From the IMG/VR virus record IMGVR_UViG_3300034374_012765: DNA of 60,629 nucleotides; one strand, given 5' to 3'. This DNA is from an uncultured virus (IMG/VR IMGVR_UViG_3300034374_012765) (lineage: Duplodnaviria > Heunggongvirae > Uroviricota > Caudoviricetes). The translations under genes were made by a program, and so were the position numbers. Positions 39,102-48,962 of the stretch are shown one piece after another. The notes beneath the pieces are model-generated. The model did not search any database, was not told the origin of the DNA, and was given only the letters and a program-made list of their open reading frames with translations. The number at the start of each line of letters is the position of its first letter. Positions within the stretch are counted from its first letter, which is position 1.

Positions 39102-41468
39102 TTAAATTTCATCTTCATCCGGATTAAATCCTCCTAAGCTAACATTATACTTATCAGGGGGCTTAGTGTTTCCGAGATTCAATGGGGGATCCACTATAAA
39201 ATCACCATTAGTAACCGGATAAACTTTACCAATATTTCCCTCTGGATAATTCCTTCTCACTTCCTGATAAACCTTTCCTGGAGGTTGAGAAAAATTATTC
39301 TCCGGCGATCTTATCTCACCCCTGGAAGACACAAGATTGGCCTCGTCATAAACACTGTCAGGCTGGAGGAGCTCATTAGAATACTTATCCTCATATACTC
39401 TATCGTTGAAGTTAGCATATTTTCTATCGGGGACTCCTAAATCACTACCAGGAACTCCACTATATACATCATCACTTGATAGACTATCATAATTTCTATC
39501 AGGGACGCCAAGATCCGCACCAGGGACATCTGGATAAACATCATCTCCAAAATCAGGATAAACTCGATCAGGGACGCCAAGATCCGCACCAGGGACATCT
39601 GGATATGCATCTCCAGAAGGCTCTTGATAAACTCGATCAGGGACGCCAAGATCCGCACCAGGGACATCTGGATATGCATCTCCCGCTGGATCCTGGTAAA
39701 CTCGATCGGGGACTCCAAGATCCGCACCAGGGACATCTGGATATGCATCTCCCGCTGGATCCTGGTAAACTCGATCGGGGACTCCAAGATCAGTTCCGGG
39801 TACGTTCGCATAAGCATCACCAGAAGGCTCAGGATAAACCCGATCAGGAACTCCGAGATCAGTTCCAGGTACGTTCGCATAAGCATCACCAGAAGGCTCA
39901 GGATAAACCCGATCAGGAACTCCGAGATCAGTTCCAGGTACGTTCGGGTATTCATCCTTCACTCCTTGTATAGGTGGATACACTCTCTCCGGAGGACCTC
40001 CCTCTCCAGTGGTTTGGGGGTTTGGCAGATTTCCCTTAAATATGTTGTCTATTCCGGTTTCCGCTGCACCGTTTAAAAAATTCTCCAGATTATTAAATCC
40101 GAATCTACCACCATCATTTGTCAATCTGCCTAGCTGAGACGGATTAAGGGAATATATGTTACCAAGAAGGGATTGATCAAGGCCATCCAAGTTGCTTGTA
40201 AGTGCACTAACCCCTTCATTAACCAGATCATTCACTACATTAGAAACAGCATTAGTTAAAAGCTGACCGCCAAGACCTAAAAGTTTCTCCAAATCTAATG
40301 ATGAATCCCCTAGCTCCTCTAACGAAGAAGAATTTTGGTCATATCCATCCGCGAGTATCAATGGCTTTTTATCACCTCTGATATTTGGATACTGACTCTT
40401 AACTCTAACTTTACCTACATGAACCTTAAAGGAGTTGGTTTCAGGATCGGCTGAACTTGATCCCATATCTATCGAGCTTTTATAAGGAACGCTTTCACTA
40501 AAATCAAACTCACACTGCTGGCATTCGTAAATTTTTACAGGCTTGATCCCACTCTGATCCTGCTGGTTAGTAAAGGCTGCAAAATCATTAGACAGTCCAC
40601 TCTGATCTAATACATTACCCACAAAGCTAGAAAATGATCCTCCACCTCCCCCACTGTCGGACCCAGCTGATCTATCAAAATCAGAACCAGCAAGTCCACC
40701 AAAGCTAGATATAATACTCCCACCAGGATTGGTGTTAGAATTGATAAGACCTCCTAGATCATTAAGAGCAGTCAATGCAGTGCTAGACGCAGTAAGTCTA
40801 CTTGTTTTAAAGAAGTTCCTTATCTCAGTTACGAATATCCACATAGTGAACTTCCTGAGATTTCTTGGTACAAGCCATCTCATGTTATCAAAATCAAAGG
40901 TAGCCTGATTATAGAGATCTGCTAATGCAGAGATTCTAAGGTTTAAAGATTCAAGTGTATTGAAGGTTAAAACCTTATCACCGGTCCTTTGAGTATCAAA
41001 CCCATCAATCTCATTAGAAGGCTGAAATCCATTTTTACTTACAAGTGAAAGCTGGTCAAGACCCTCTATGGACTGGAAAAACCAGGGGGAATTTGTATTT
41101 ATATCTTTCAGCAAGCTTTGGAACTGCAATATAGCGTTTGCTCTCTTTCTTTGATTATTATCGGCAAATCCTGCGTCTCTTTGGATTAGATAGTTATATG
41201 CGGAATAATAAGCAACCTCCGGATTTGAAAGTTGGTACTGTGGCTGTCCACTAAAAGAATTCTGTATGTTAGACATGCCAGAGTTCTCATTGGTATAATT
41301 ATCTCTCTTAAGTAATGGACTTGGAGCCCATCCCCATTCTGTACTTATCGGCAAAGAACCAAAATCAAACATAACTTTAAACCCAAGATATGTAGGATCT
41401 TCATTTCCGCCAGAATTGGATAATTTAAATCCTTTCAGGAATAAGTTTCTATTTCTATCGGTTGCCAT
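39102..41468 (-). CDS. Baseplate/tail-tube-fold-like protein with a C-terminal acidic tandem repeat
   Basis: PWFFQSIEGL, ESLNLRI, VPRNLRKFTMWIFVTEIR and CEFD motifs suggest a tube-like fold; 8 x 23-aa repeats. Confidence 0.55.
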   Translation of the reverse strand: MATDRNRNLFLKGFKLSNSGGNEDPTYLGFKVMFDFGSLPISTEWGWAPSPLLKRDNYTNENSGMSNIQNSFSGQPQYQLSNPEVAYYSAYNYLIQRDAGFADNNQRKRANAILQFQSLLKDINTNSPWFFQSIEGLDQLSLVSKNGFQPSNEIDGFDTQRTGDKVLTFNTLESLNLRISALADLYNQATFDFDNMRWLVPRNLRKFTMWIFVTEIRNFFKTSRLTASSTALTALNDLGGLINSNTNPGGSIISSFGGLAGSDFDRSAGSDSGGGGGSFSSFVGNVLDQSGLSNDFAAFTNQQDQSGIKPVKIYECQQCEFDFSESVPYKSSIDMGSSSADPETNSFKVHVGKVRVKSQYPNIRGDKKPLILADGYDQNSSSLEELGDSSLDLEKLLGLGGQLLTNAVSNVVNDLVNEGVSALTSNLDGLDQSLLGNIYSLNPSQLGRLTNDGGRFGFNNLENFLNGAAETGIDNIFKGNLPNPQTTGEGGPPERVYPPIQGVKDEYPNVPGTDLGVPDRVYPEPSGDAYANVPGTDLGVPDRVYPEPSGDAYANVPGTDLGVPDRVYQDPAGDAYPDVPGADLGVPDRVYQDPAGDAYPDVPGADLGVPDRVYQEPSGDAYPDVPGADLGVPDRVYPDFGDDVYPDVPGADLGVPDRNYDSLSSDDVYSGVPGSDLGVPDRKYANFNDRVYEDKYSNELLQPDSVYDEANLVSSRGEIRSPENNFSQPPGKVYQEVRRNYPEGNIGKVYPVTNGDFIVDPPLNLGNTKPPDKYNVSLGGFNPDEDEI
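39402..39956 (-). repeat. In-frame tandem repeat, 8 copies of about 69 bp (DxYxxVPGxDLGVPDRxY)
   Basis: Visible directly in DNA and protein; 555 bp = 185 codons. Confidence 0.95.
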
Positions 41469-41486
41469 TAGAGTTTATTCTTTTTA

Positions 41487-41494
41487 TATTTATC
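41487..41494 (-). promoter_or_regulatory. Putative late promoter GATAAATA
   Basis: Overlaps the hub stop codon, upstream of 39102-41468. Confidence 0.5.
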
Positions 41495-42995
41495 CGGTAA
41501 ACAGGTTTATGGGGAAAGATTTAGGGAATGTTCCTGAGCTATTCAGGAACCACTCTCTCCTTCTTAAATGGAGTACCTGTTTCATCAAAGAAAATCCCTC
41601 ATAAACCACCTCTATACCATCCAGAACGTATATACCGGAAAGGAATTGATCTAATACAGGATTTATCTCATTCTCAGGTTTCTGATTTTCCGAAATACCA
41701 GCATTCTGCTTTCTTATTCCCTGATCATTCACATAGATAAGAACAGGTATAGCTTGACCCCGATAAAATCCAGCATAATACGGTTGTGTTTCCACCCGGA
41801 GTGTAAACTTATTTAAATCCTCTATATTGAATTCATTCTGAACCAAAGCCTGTATGAAATTCTCATGAACTCCTCCTCCCTGTCCACCAAAACTATTTAA
41901 GCTTCCGTACCAATTTTTTCTAATTTCTCTCAGATACTCATCTTCCTTAGGTCTCCCTTTTTGCAATACCTGGTTCTCCCCTACATTCTCGGTAGTTACA
42001 CTTTCTATGGTATATTTTATGTACTTCTCCGGATAATTATCAGTTTCCAGCCCATCATCATAAAACTGTACTTCCCTGATATACCCGCTACCGTTATTTA
42101 TATTACCAGCTTGAGAAACTAGGGTGTAATTAGAAATATAGAGAGGAATATCGTTACTACCTTTTTGATTTGTTAAGGCTAATGGCATTTCCTGTGAGTT
42201 GAGATCTAATCCCTCGAAAGCTGTGTCGTTAGCAGTATTGTTAGAAACACCACGTATAACTTTTACTTGCTGAACATAATCATCCGCAGTTAATTGGCTG
42301 TCCATATTCACAACATTAAGGTTATAGTATGGGTCGATCCATATTTTAAAAAAACTTCTATCGTCCTTATATGATCTTGAAGCAACCTCCTTCAGGAAAT
42401 CGTAATAGGAAAGGTTGGGACATATCCATGTCATAGTATCGTTCCTTTCTGGATCATTAGAGGAAAAACCCAAATCCAGATCCTGTGAGATCTCAAACAA
42501 TGCATCGTAAGAACTTTTAGCTCTGAAAGCCTTAGAAACCTCCGAATAGATGCCAGGAATTCTAGCCTCCCCGAGTACACTAAACGCGATGCCATTACCC
42601 TCAGGATCCACGGATTGACCAGACTGTACCGATAGAATATTAAAGTCCATTCTTATAGGCTTATAAACTTCCACCCAAGATCTAATGTAAATAGAAACTA
42701 TATCCCCATCCTTGGGGTAATTTACACTTAGGAAAAGAGGGTCTCCCATTACAAAATTGAATCTCACAACTGGTAAAATACCAGTCATATCAAGAGAAAA
42801 ATATGACATGAACTTCTCTACGTAGTACCCATTAATAAAAACAACGGGTCTGTAAGCACCGAAAGACTTCTCATCCGCATCTTGCAACAGAGGTTCATTC
42901 TTGTTATCTGGTCCACTGCGATTAGGTACAACAAGCTCGTCCAGTCTGATACTGGTTTTGGCAAAATTATTTATGACTATCTGCTCTGAAGGCAT
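41490..42995 (-). CDS. Baseplate hub protein (gp27/gpD-like)
   Basis: 501 aa near the LysM/gp53 and spike genes; WIDPYYNLNVVN and FLSGIYVLDGIEVVY resemble hub motifs. Confidence 0.6.
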   Translation of the reverse strand: MPSEQIVINNFAKTSIRLDELVVPNRSGPDNKNEPLLQDADEKSFGAYRPVVFINGYYVEKFMSYFSLDMTGILPVVRFNFVMGDPLFLSVNYPKDGDIVSIYIRSWVEVYKPIRMDFNILSVQSGQSVDPEGNGIAFSVLGEARIPGIYSEVSKAFRAKSSYDALFEISQDLDLGFSSNDPERNDTMTWICPNLSYYDFLKEVASRSYKDDRSFFKIWIDPYYNLNVVNMDSQLTADDYVQQVKVIRGVSNNTANDTAFEGLDLNSQEMPLALTNQKGSNDIPLYISNYTLVSQAGNINNGSGYIREVQFYDDGLETDNYPEKYIKYTIESVTTENVGENQVLQKGRPKEDEYLREIRKNWYGSLNSFGGQGGGVHENFIQALVQNEFNIEDLNKFTLRVETQPYYAGFYRGQAIPVLIYVNDQGIRKQNAGISENQKPENEINPVLDQFLSGIYVLDGIEVVYEGFSLMKQVLHLRRREWFLNSSGTFPKSFPINLFTG

Positions 42996-43008
42996 ATGTA
43001 ATCAGATT

Positions 43009-43593
43009 TTATAAATTAGCATTCGGATTTGGAGATGCATTACTAACGTCAGGACCTAAAGCAATCACCGCATTAGTTCTAACTGTTTGCCTTTCCCCGT
43101 CCTGTAATATATTGGACGGAAGTACCTGCGGAGGTGTGTTTTTAGCTTTATTTCTCATTTCCAAGAACTTCTTCCTGGAGTCGCTAGTTTTAAACCTCCT
43201 TTGTTCCTGTGATTTTCTAAACTTACTATTAGGATTTTCTGCTCCAGATCCCTTGCTGATAAGCTTGCTCTTTGCATCCAGTGCAGCATCTAATCCAGCT
43301 TGAAGTGGGAAAACTACTAAGTCCCCGGAGTTCATTGCAAACGGATTAGATATTCCATTAAACTTCAGGAAAGTCCCTGTATAAGCAAGATCACCATAAG
43401 CACTAAATGCAAACCTATCAGGTCTCATTACATAGTCATCAGGTACTATCTTGTAACTTTTTATCTGTACATTGACCCCAGTGTAATTTATACTGGATCT
43501 AGTTAAGTCCCATATACCTATGTTTTTGGTTTGTAAATCCGAATCAGGGTTATATACGTTCTTGTTCTTTGCTAGTGTATCAATCTTAAGCAT
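43009..43593 (-). CDS. gp53: Baseplate wedge gp53 / LysM-like protein
   Basis: MRPDRFAFSAYGD...LKFNGISNPFAMNSGDLVVFP. Confidence 0.75.
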   Translation of the reverse strand: MLKIDTLAKNKNVYNPDSDLQTKNIGIWDLTRSSINYTGVNVQIKSYKIVPDDYVMRPDRFAFSAYGDLAYTGTFLKFNGISNPFAMNSGDLVVFPLQAGLDAALDAKSKLISKGSGAENPNSKFRKSQEQRRFKTSDSRKKFLEMRNKAKNTPPQVLPSNILQDGERQTVRTNAVIALGPDVSNASPNPNANL

Positions 43594-43607
43594 ATTACAT
43601 TCTATTT

Positions 43608-45509
43608 TTAATTAGCTGTAAATCCACTTTGCTGGGTGAGCTGTTCCGACGGGTTGATAGAAGTGGTATCATTAGGATCCACCACTATAGGACTTCCATC
43701 ACTAGTTCCTAGTGAGTTGAGTGATTGGCTATTAGAATAAGTTGGGATAGAGCTTTGATATAACCTAATTTTACCTCGGTTAAACATGGATTCTATCTCA
43801 CCCCTTTCTCTGTCCCTGCCATGTTTTAGTGTGTAGGTAGCAACTATCTCGGTAGGAAAATCATCTGGACCTAAAACCTCACCAAATTCAACACTGACGT
43901 TTTCGCATATAAGATTACCTATCATGGCAATAGGATTCATAGGGTTACCAACAACCAGATGCCATTCTCCAACTGGTGCCCCCGTATAGAGGGATAGTGG
44001 TAATCGAACCTGCTCTATCAAATCGTCGGCCAAAGCTGCAGCTAATATATTTCCAACTGCGGAGTTGTCATCAAGCTCTGCAGCAACTTGAGCCAAATCC
44101 TGTGTACTTAACTGCTGTATAACACTGTTTAAATCCTGAACTGCTTTATCAACCTGATTCTGAGTCTCCTGTAGAGCTTCAAAATCAGGATTGTTCATAG
44201 TCGTCCCGCTAGGATCCGCCAAAAACTTAATAGCTGTCTTAGTCCAACCTAGCGGATCACTATAGAATCTTTTTAGACCATCATCTCCACCTGGGAATCC
44301 AATTGAGGGAAATTTGTTATCGTATCTTATATCGGGGGTAAGATAATTACCATAGTTTGTGCCGAGTCCCAAGCAATTGCCTATGATATCCAGCATGGCT
44401 GCTTTAGTATTAATCTCCGAAACTGAAGTTAACTCGTAATGAAATTTCAGCTCAATCGACTTATCGCCAAAGGTCAAACCCCTACCTCTAATCCAGGTTT
44501 TATCAACGGTATCAACCGAGGTGAATATAAAATCACTAAGAGGTCCGCCCTCGGGTCTAGTCATTTTATCTCTGAGAGCGAAGTTTATTTTAGGTGTAGT
44601 TACCTGCTCTCTACCAGCATCAGTTGCCTGAATAGCCAGATTAGCAGTATCGCCCAGAACAGAAAGAAGATCCCCCGCTCCTGCAGAAGTAGCAGTCCCA
44701 GAAAAAGCCCTTCCGAGAACCGATTTAAAGAAACCCTGATCAAACCCCTCCTGGGTTTGAACCTCAGCCTGTGTTTTAGAGTTCCATTTTAAACCCGAAG
44801 CAAATCCGATAATACTATTTAAAGAGTTATCAGTTGCTCCACCCCACCAAGTAACAGCCTGTGCTACAGGTCTACCAGCTCCCTCAGCTTTATAGAAATC
44901 TGATTGTATTACACCATCAGGGAGAGATAAATTATCCCTCATCGGAGCAGGGAATCTCCTAAGTGTTAACATATAATTATTAGGGATTGATCCGTAATAT
45001 TTGCAGTAGAGGAAATCAGCCCATGTGTAGGGGGCAGATGCACCTCCTATAATCGGATTATCCGTATTGGGGTCAGCCTCATTTCCCGCCGCTTGCTTCA
45101 GAGCATTTTCTTGCTCCATGGATGCCCCTACAAGAGATCCAGCACTGGGGTTCTTGGAAGCTGTGGAGGTTATCCCTGAATTATACTCGGATCTCTCAGA
45201 TTTATAGTATCTGTCGATAAAATCGTTGCCATTGGACTCATGGAGGGAGTAAAAAAGAAATTGGCCATACTTATCAGATCCATTCTCATAGAAACCACCA
45301 CGATAAAAAAGGGTCCTAGCGGTGGGAACAGTAAGAGGTACAGCTGATCCTAGATTAGACTTCTGATCAACAACCGCAGTTGCTGCCTGCTCGATAAGCT
45401 GCTCCCCGTTGGAAAAATATTGTCCAGTTTGGTTATTCCTATTGGACTGCTCCCTCCCTCCAAAGCCAGGGGTAGGTGAATTAGTGTTATTATAGGCTTC
45501 GCCACTCAT
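43608..45509 (-). CDS. Tail-tube initiator / baseplate protein (gp48/gp54-like)
   Basis: C-terminal WHLVVGNP..IGNLICENVSVEF..DDFPTEIVATYTL tube-fold pattern; precedes the gp53-like gene. Confidence 0.55.
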   Translation of the reverse strand: MSGEAYNNTNSPTPGFGGREQSNRNNQTGQYFSNGEQLIEQAATAVVDQKSNLGSAVPLTVPTARTLFYRGGFYENGSDKYGQFLFYSLHESNGNDFIDRYYKSERSEYNSGITSTASKNPSAGSLVGASMEQENALKQAAGNEADPNTDNPIIGGASAPYTWADFLYCKYYGSIPNNYMLTLRRFPAPMRDNLSLPDGVIQSDFYKAEGAGRPVAQAVTWWGGATDNSLNSIIGFASGLKWNSKTQAEVQTQEGFDQGFFKSVLGRAFSGTATSAGAGDLLSVLGDTANLAIQATDAGREQVTTPKINFALRDKMTRPEGGPLSDFIFTSVDTVDKTWIRGRGLTFGDKSIELKFHYELTSVSEINTKAAMLDIIGNCLGLGTNYGNYLTPDIRYDNKFPSIGFPGGDDGLKRFYSDPLGWTKTAIKFLADPSGTTMNNPDFEALQETQNQVDKAVQDLNSVIQQLSTQDLAQVAAELDDNSAVGNILAAALADDLIEQVRLPLSLYTGAPVGEWHLVVGNPMNPIAMIGNLICENVSVEFGEVLGPDDFPTEIVATYTLKHGRDRERGEIESMFNRGKIRLYQSSIPTYSNSQSLNSLGTSDGSPIVVDPNDTTSINPSEQLTQQSGFTAN

Positions 45510-45525
45510 TCATATAGTACTTATT

Positions 45526-45861
45526 TTACTCCATCTTTATGGTGTACTCTATATCTAAGTCGTTGTTATTATCTAAGAAGTGTCTTAGATTATCAGCGAA
45601 AGACTCTGATATGTTCTTGTACACCACAAGGATATCATTGCATCTAGTACTATATATTCCCTGAGTAATTTTCTTCTGAACTGCGTAATTTATGACAAAC
45701 TCGGACTCAATGGTAAGATCATCTGTATCATATCCCAGTTCTCTAATAATTTTTCCTATATCCACTATGTAATAGGTAGCATCAGAGCAAAATTTTCTCT
45801 TCGCTTCCTTCAACGAGCATCTGGTAAGTACAAATCTTATCTCCTCCAGGTCTTTATCCAT
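45526..45861 (-). CDS. Hypothetical protein (start revised to MDKDLEE)
   Basis: ATG overlaps the upstream stop (ATGGATAA). Confidence 0.6.
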   Translation of the reverse strand: MDKDLEEIRFVLTRCSLKEAKRKFCSDATYYIVDIGKIIRELGYDTDDLTIESEFVINYAVQKKITQGIYSTRCNDILVVYKNISESFADNLRHFLDNNNDLDIEYTIKME

Positions 45862-46189
45862 TATTATCAGAATTTTCTCCGGATGCTTTAGGACCTTCAC
45901 CCCCCACATCATCAGGCAATCCGAGAAATTCAAAGGGCTTAGAATTCTCTTCCTGATTTGACGTAGATTCACCTAAAGTAGAAATGGTAGCATCCTGATC
46001 GTCTAGGAGCTTCTGTGATTTGGCCTCCAGTTGATCGTTTTTAATTCTCTGCAGGTGCTGAAGATGTAGTTGCTTTCCCATTTCCTGAGATCTTCTGATC
46101 CTCTCCCTTTGCTCCTTTAGAGTCTCATTTTTACCTATATAGCCAAATTGCTTGGCCATTTGTCTTCTCTGTCTTCTAGATAAACTCAT
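45854..46189 (-). CDS. Small basic helical hypothetical protein
   Basis: MSLSRRQRRQMAKQFG; translationally coupled on both sides. Confidence 0.65.
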   Translation of the reverse strand: MSLSRRQRRQMAKQFGYIGKNETLKEQRERIRRSQEMGKQLHLQHLQRIKNDQLEAKSQKLLDDQDATISTLGESTSNQEENSKPFEFLGLPDDVGGEGPKASGENSDNNG

Positions 46190-46776
46190 TATATAGAAAA
46201 ATTAAATCCCTTACTTTTTTTCCCACCTGAACCGTCTTGGTTAGATCCTTGGATATCTATTCCCAGGACATATTTAAAGAGCTTCAGGAAAAGACCAGGG
46301 ATAAAAATATCCTTTGATTTAACCACGTCATTAGCAGGAATAAACTTGAATTCCATACTTTGCTCTTGTTCGCTGCCATCTGTAGGAGCTTCCATTTTAT
46401 CCAATCCGGTAACATCAACGGCAAAACATGGCTGCTCGTGATCGACAAACTTAGAGGAAGTAACAGACCCTAAAAAATACCATCTTTCATTCTCAGATGC
46501 TTCAAATCCACTTTCTTCAAAAAGCTCTCTCTTTGCAGTTGACAATAAATCAGGATCCTCCTCATCACTAGTCCCAGTTATAAGTGTAACACACCTACCG
46601 CCCTCCCTAAATGGGTTATTCTCCTCCAGAACTCCAACTGCAAGGGGTAATCCTTGCTCATCAGAAACGAATGGCATGATTACAACATTCATAAAAAGGG
46701 GTATTACCCCTACCATACCGTCTCTCTCCACCATATGGAGATTCGGTGATTCGTATAATACCTTATTCTGACTCAT
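46189..46776 (-). CDS. Nudix hydrolase
   Basis: Nudix box GTSDEEDPDLLSTAKRELFEESG. Confidence 0.88.
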   Translation of the reverse strand: MSQNKVLYESPNLHMVERDGMVGVIPLFMNVVIMPFVSDEQGLPLAVGVLEENNPFREGGRCVTLITGTSDEEDPDLLSTAKRELFEESGFEASENERWYFLGSVTSSKFVDHEQPCFAVDVTGLDKMEAPTDGSEQEQSMEFKFIPANDVVKSKDIFIPGLFLKLFKYVLGIDIQGSNQDGSGGKKSKGFNFSI

Positions 46777-47398
46777 CTTCTTTCACTACGCTTCGTGTAG
46801 TCTTATTTTTATCATAATAGGATAGAATAGATTCTCCTAAAGCAGCCCTAATATCTTCTATATCAATACCTTCAGTAACATAATCCACTATCTCTGTTTC
46901 AGCTTCATCAAAGGACGAGATTAAAACAGAGTAAAGACTCTTTGGCGGAAGATTTAGCTTAAGACTAATTGAAACATTCACCCAATTATTTTTCTGCTTT
47001 TTAAGTAGTGTATATATCGGAGAATCCTCAACTTGAACAGAGGATACTGTATTCATCTCCCTAGATGATATAGTATTTCTTTTCTGAGGTATGCTATCCG
47101 CAGTAGGAGGAGGGATAACCTGTGGTTCCTTATTAAAATCAACTCGAGAGGCTGGAAATGCATCCATATATTCGTTCAGGAGATCTATGTTAATTCTTCT
47201 ACCACTATTAAAGGTAAGGAAAGTCATACCCGTACCCTCATCACGCTCAACGTCCTTATACTTCTCTGAATTCCCCATCTGGTCACTCTTCAACCAGACG
47301 TAGTCCATTTTTGAAAGATCCTCCTTGAGTTCCTCTATAGATTTATCCTGTAGGTCCATTTTTTTCTTCTTTGAAAATATCTTCTTCAGCCATTTCAT
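46763..47398 (-). CDS. Hypothetical protein
   Basis: 211 aa ORF coupled to the Nudix gene; the start may be the downstream MDLQD. Confidence 0.65.
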   Translation of the reverse strand: MKWLKKIFSKKKKMDLQDKSIEELKEDLSKMDYVWLKSDQMGNSEKYKDVERDEGTGMTFLTFNSGRRINIDLLNEYMDAFPASRVDFNKEPQVIPPPTADSIPQKRNTISSREMNTVSSVQVEDSPIYTLLKKQKNNWVNVSISLKLNLPPKSLYSVLISSFDEAETEIVDYVTEGIDIEDIRAALGESILSYYDKNKTTRSVVKEDESE

Positions 47399-47484
47399 AT
47401 GCTTACATCTAACAGCAAAAGCTAATTAAACAACTCTTAAAAAAGTAAACATAAACCTCAATAGCATCAGCTTAGTTTACTTTT

Positions 47485-47512
47485 TTATAGATCTTATTAC
47501 GGTATATGTTCC
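47485..47512 (-). promoter_or_regulatory. Putative bipartite promoter GGAAC-N18-TATAA
   Basis: Heads the Nudix-containing operon. Confidence 0.45.
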
Positions 47513-47520
47513 GGATAAAA

Positions 47521-48438
47521 TTATTTAGGAGAGAAATTGCTTCTAGCATCAGTATACATCTCCTCAATATGTGACTCAGGAATGGTGTTTTTTAATACAT
47601 CCATCAATTCCATTATCTCCTTTCTCTCCCTCTTTTTACGATCCTCGATATTCTGGTCGCTATCCATAGAATGATATTTCAGCATCTTAAGAAGGTTATC
47701 CACCAATTTTTTCTGAGTTTCCTCTGTATCCCTTCCGGTCACGAGTGAAAGCAAATATTGATCCATTGGATCAGATATTAGGGTTTGTATTTTATCATGT
47801 GAGGTGTTGTATGTACCTTTATCTGTTTTGTACCTACAAGAGAACTTTCCCCCGTTCTTCCTCAGAATAAACACCGGGTGGATTTCGTTACTATCTTTAT
47901 AAACTCTTAAGGATTTAAATAGATCGCCGTCTCCCTTGCGGTCCAGCTCCACCTGCATCCCGTTATTAAGATCAGCCTCATAAGTATTTTTATCTATTTC
48001 GGCGAGATTAGAAACAGAGCAATCCACACCCAAGGTGTCCATCATCAACTCTATATCATCGCACACGGAGGAAGACTTGTCCCTAATAGGGGAGATTTTG
48101 GAAGAGATATAACCCTCCAGAAATTCATCGAGAAGCTCGATGTTTTTTTTATCATTAAACCAATTAAGCGAAGTATTAATTTTCAAAACATCGAAGTCTG
48201 AATACCCCTTCCTATCAAGACATTTGATGGGCAGAGATATCTTGCTATCACCGTAGGATAAGCTGTGAGAGTCTTGTTTTTGCTCGTGAAAAATGTAATT
48301 TTTGTCCACGGATCTAGGTATCCTAATCTTAACAACACCATCATTGAAAGGACCCAGTATTCCTAGATCTACCTTGGAGGTTGAGTTATTCTCGTTAATT
48401 GAATTGAATTCATTAAAATTTAGAACCAGCTTAGTCAT
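47521..48438 (-). CDS. Hypothetical protein, candidate internal head protein
   Basis: N-terminus MTKLVLNFNEFNSINE; ATG overlaps the upstream stop. Confidence 0.6.
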   Translation of the reverse strand: MTKLVLNFNEFNSINENNSTSKVDLGILGPFNDGVVKIRIPRSVDKNYIFHEQKQDSHSLSYGDSKISLPIKCLDRKGYSDFDVLKINTSLNWFNDKKNIELLDEFLEGYISSKISPIRDKSSSVCDDIELMMDTLGVDCSVSNLAEIDKNTYEADLNNGMQVELDRKGDGDLFKSLRVYKDSNEIHPVFILRKNGGKFSCRYKTDKGTYNTSHDKIQTLISDPMDQYLLSLVTGRDTEETQKKLVDNLLKMLKYHSMDSDQNIEDRKKRERKEIMELMDVLKNTIPESHIEEMYTDARSNFSPK

Positions 48439-48868
48439 TATCTCCAAATAAGACGTCTATTTTAAAATCCTTGGGATTCATGGATTTTCTCATATCCACT
48501 ACAATTTTTGATGGATTACAAGGAATTAGATTCTTACCTTTTTTACACAATACCGAAGAATGATCTATATTTTCACCGGGAACAATATCCATCTCATATT
48601 CCTTTGGCGGATCCGGATAAGAGTCCACCTTAATTTCCAACTCGATGTTACTGATTTTAAATTGGAGATCTTGTATACCGGACTTGGATCTCCCGATAGA
48701 AACGTCATATTCAACATCGCATTCCTTCTCGTCGACATCTACCAGCTCCGGTGGTCTATTGATTAGATCAATATCCAGATAACCTAGCTCGTGAGAAAAT
48801 GAATATTCGCTTGATACTCTTTTTCCCTTCGCATTATCAAAAGAAACATAGTCATGAATTCTAGGCAT
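48431..48868 (-). CDS. Hypothetical acidic protein
   Basis: 145 aa ORF preceded by promoter motifs. Confidence 0.65.
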   Translation of the reverse strand: MPRIHDYVSFDNAKGKRVSSEYSFSHELGYLDIDLINRPPELVDVDEKECDVEYDVSIGRSKSGIQDLQFKISNIELEIKVDSYPDPPKEYEMDIVPGENIDHSSVLCKKGKNLIPCNPSKIVVDMRKSMNPKDFKIDVLFGDND

Positions 48869-48894
48869 TATCTTACTGCACTTTTTTTATGTAT

Positions 48895-48902
48895 TATATA
48901 TC
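48895..48902 (-). promoter_or_regulatory. Putative late promoter GATATATA
   Basis: Intergenic, upstream of 48868. Confidence 0.55.
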
Positions 48903-48962
48903 CCTCACCTTTAAAGGTTCTTTTAATGTCTTATCCAAAAACTCAAAGGGGAAATATATAAG

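Noticed and set aside
39540..39760. YPDVP resembling an HA epitope tag (synthetic construct)
   Set aside because: Only a partial match, within a naturally diverging repeat
39402..39956. Tandem repeats as a CRISPR array or DGR template/variable repeats
   Set aside because: Units are contiguous and in frame, with no unique spacers. Variation is not adenine-specific, and there is no cas or reverse transcriptase gene in the window.
39437..40076. Overlapping repetitive ORFs 39437-39955(-), 39476-39973(+) and 39624-40076(+)
   Set aside because: Shadow frames kept open by the 69-bp repeat
25577..45509. Bacterial contractile injection system or tailocin locus
   Set aside because: A gp23-like capsid gene and a gp13-like neck gene are present, and there is no host chromosomal context
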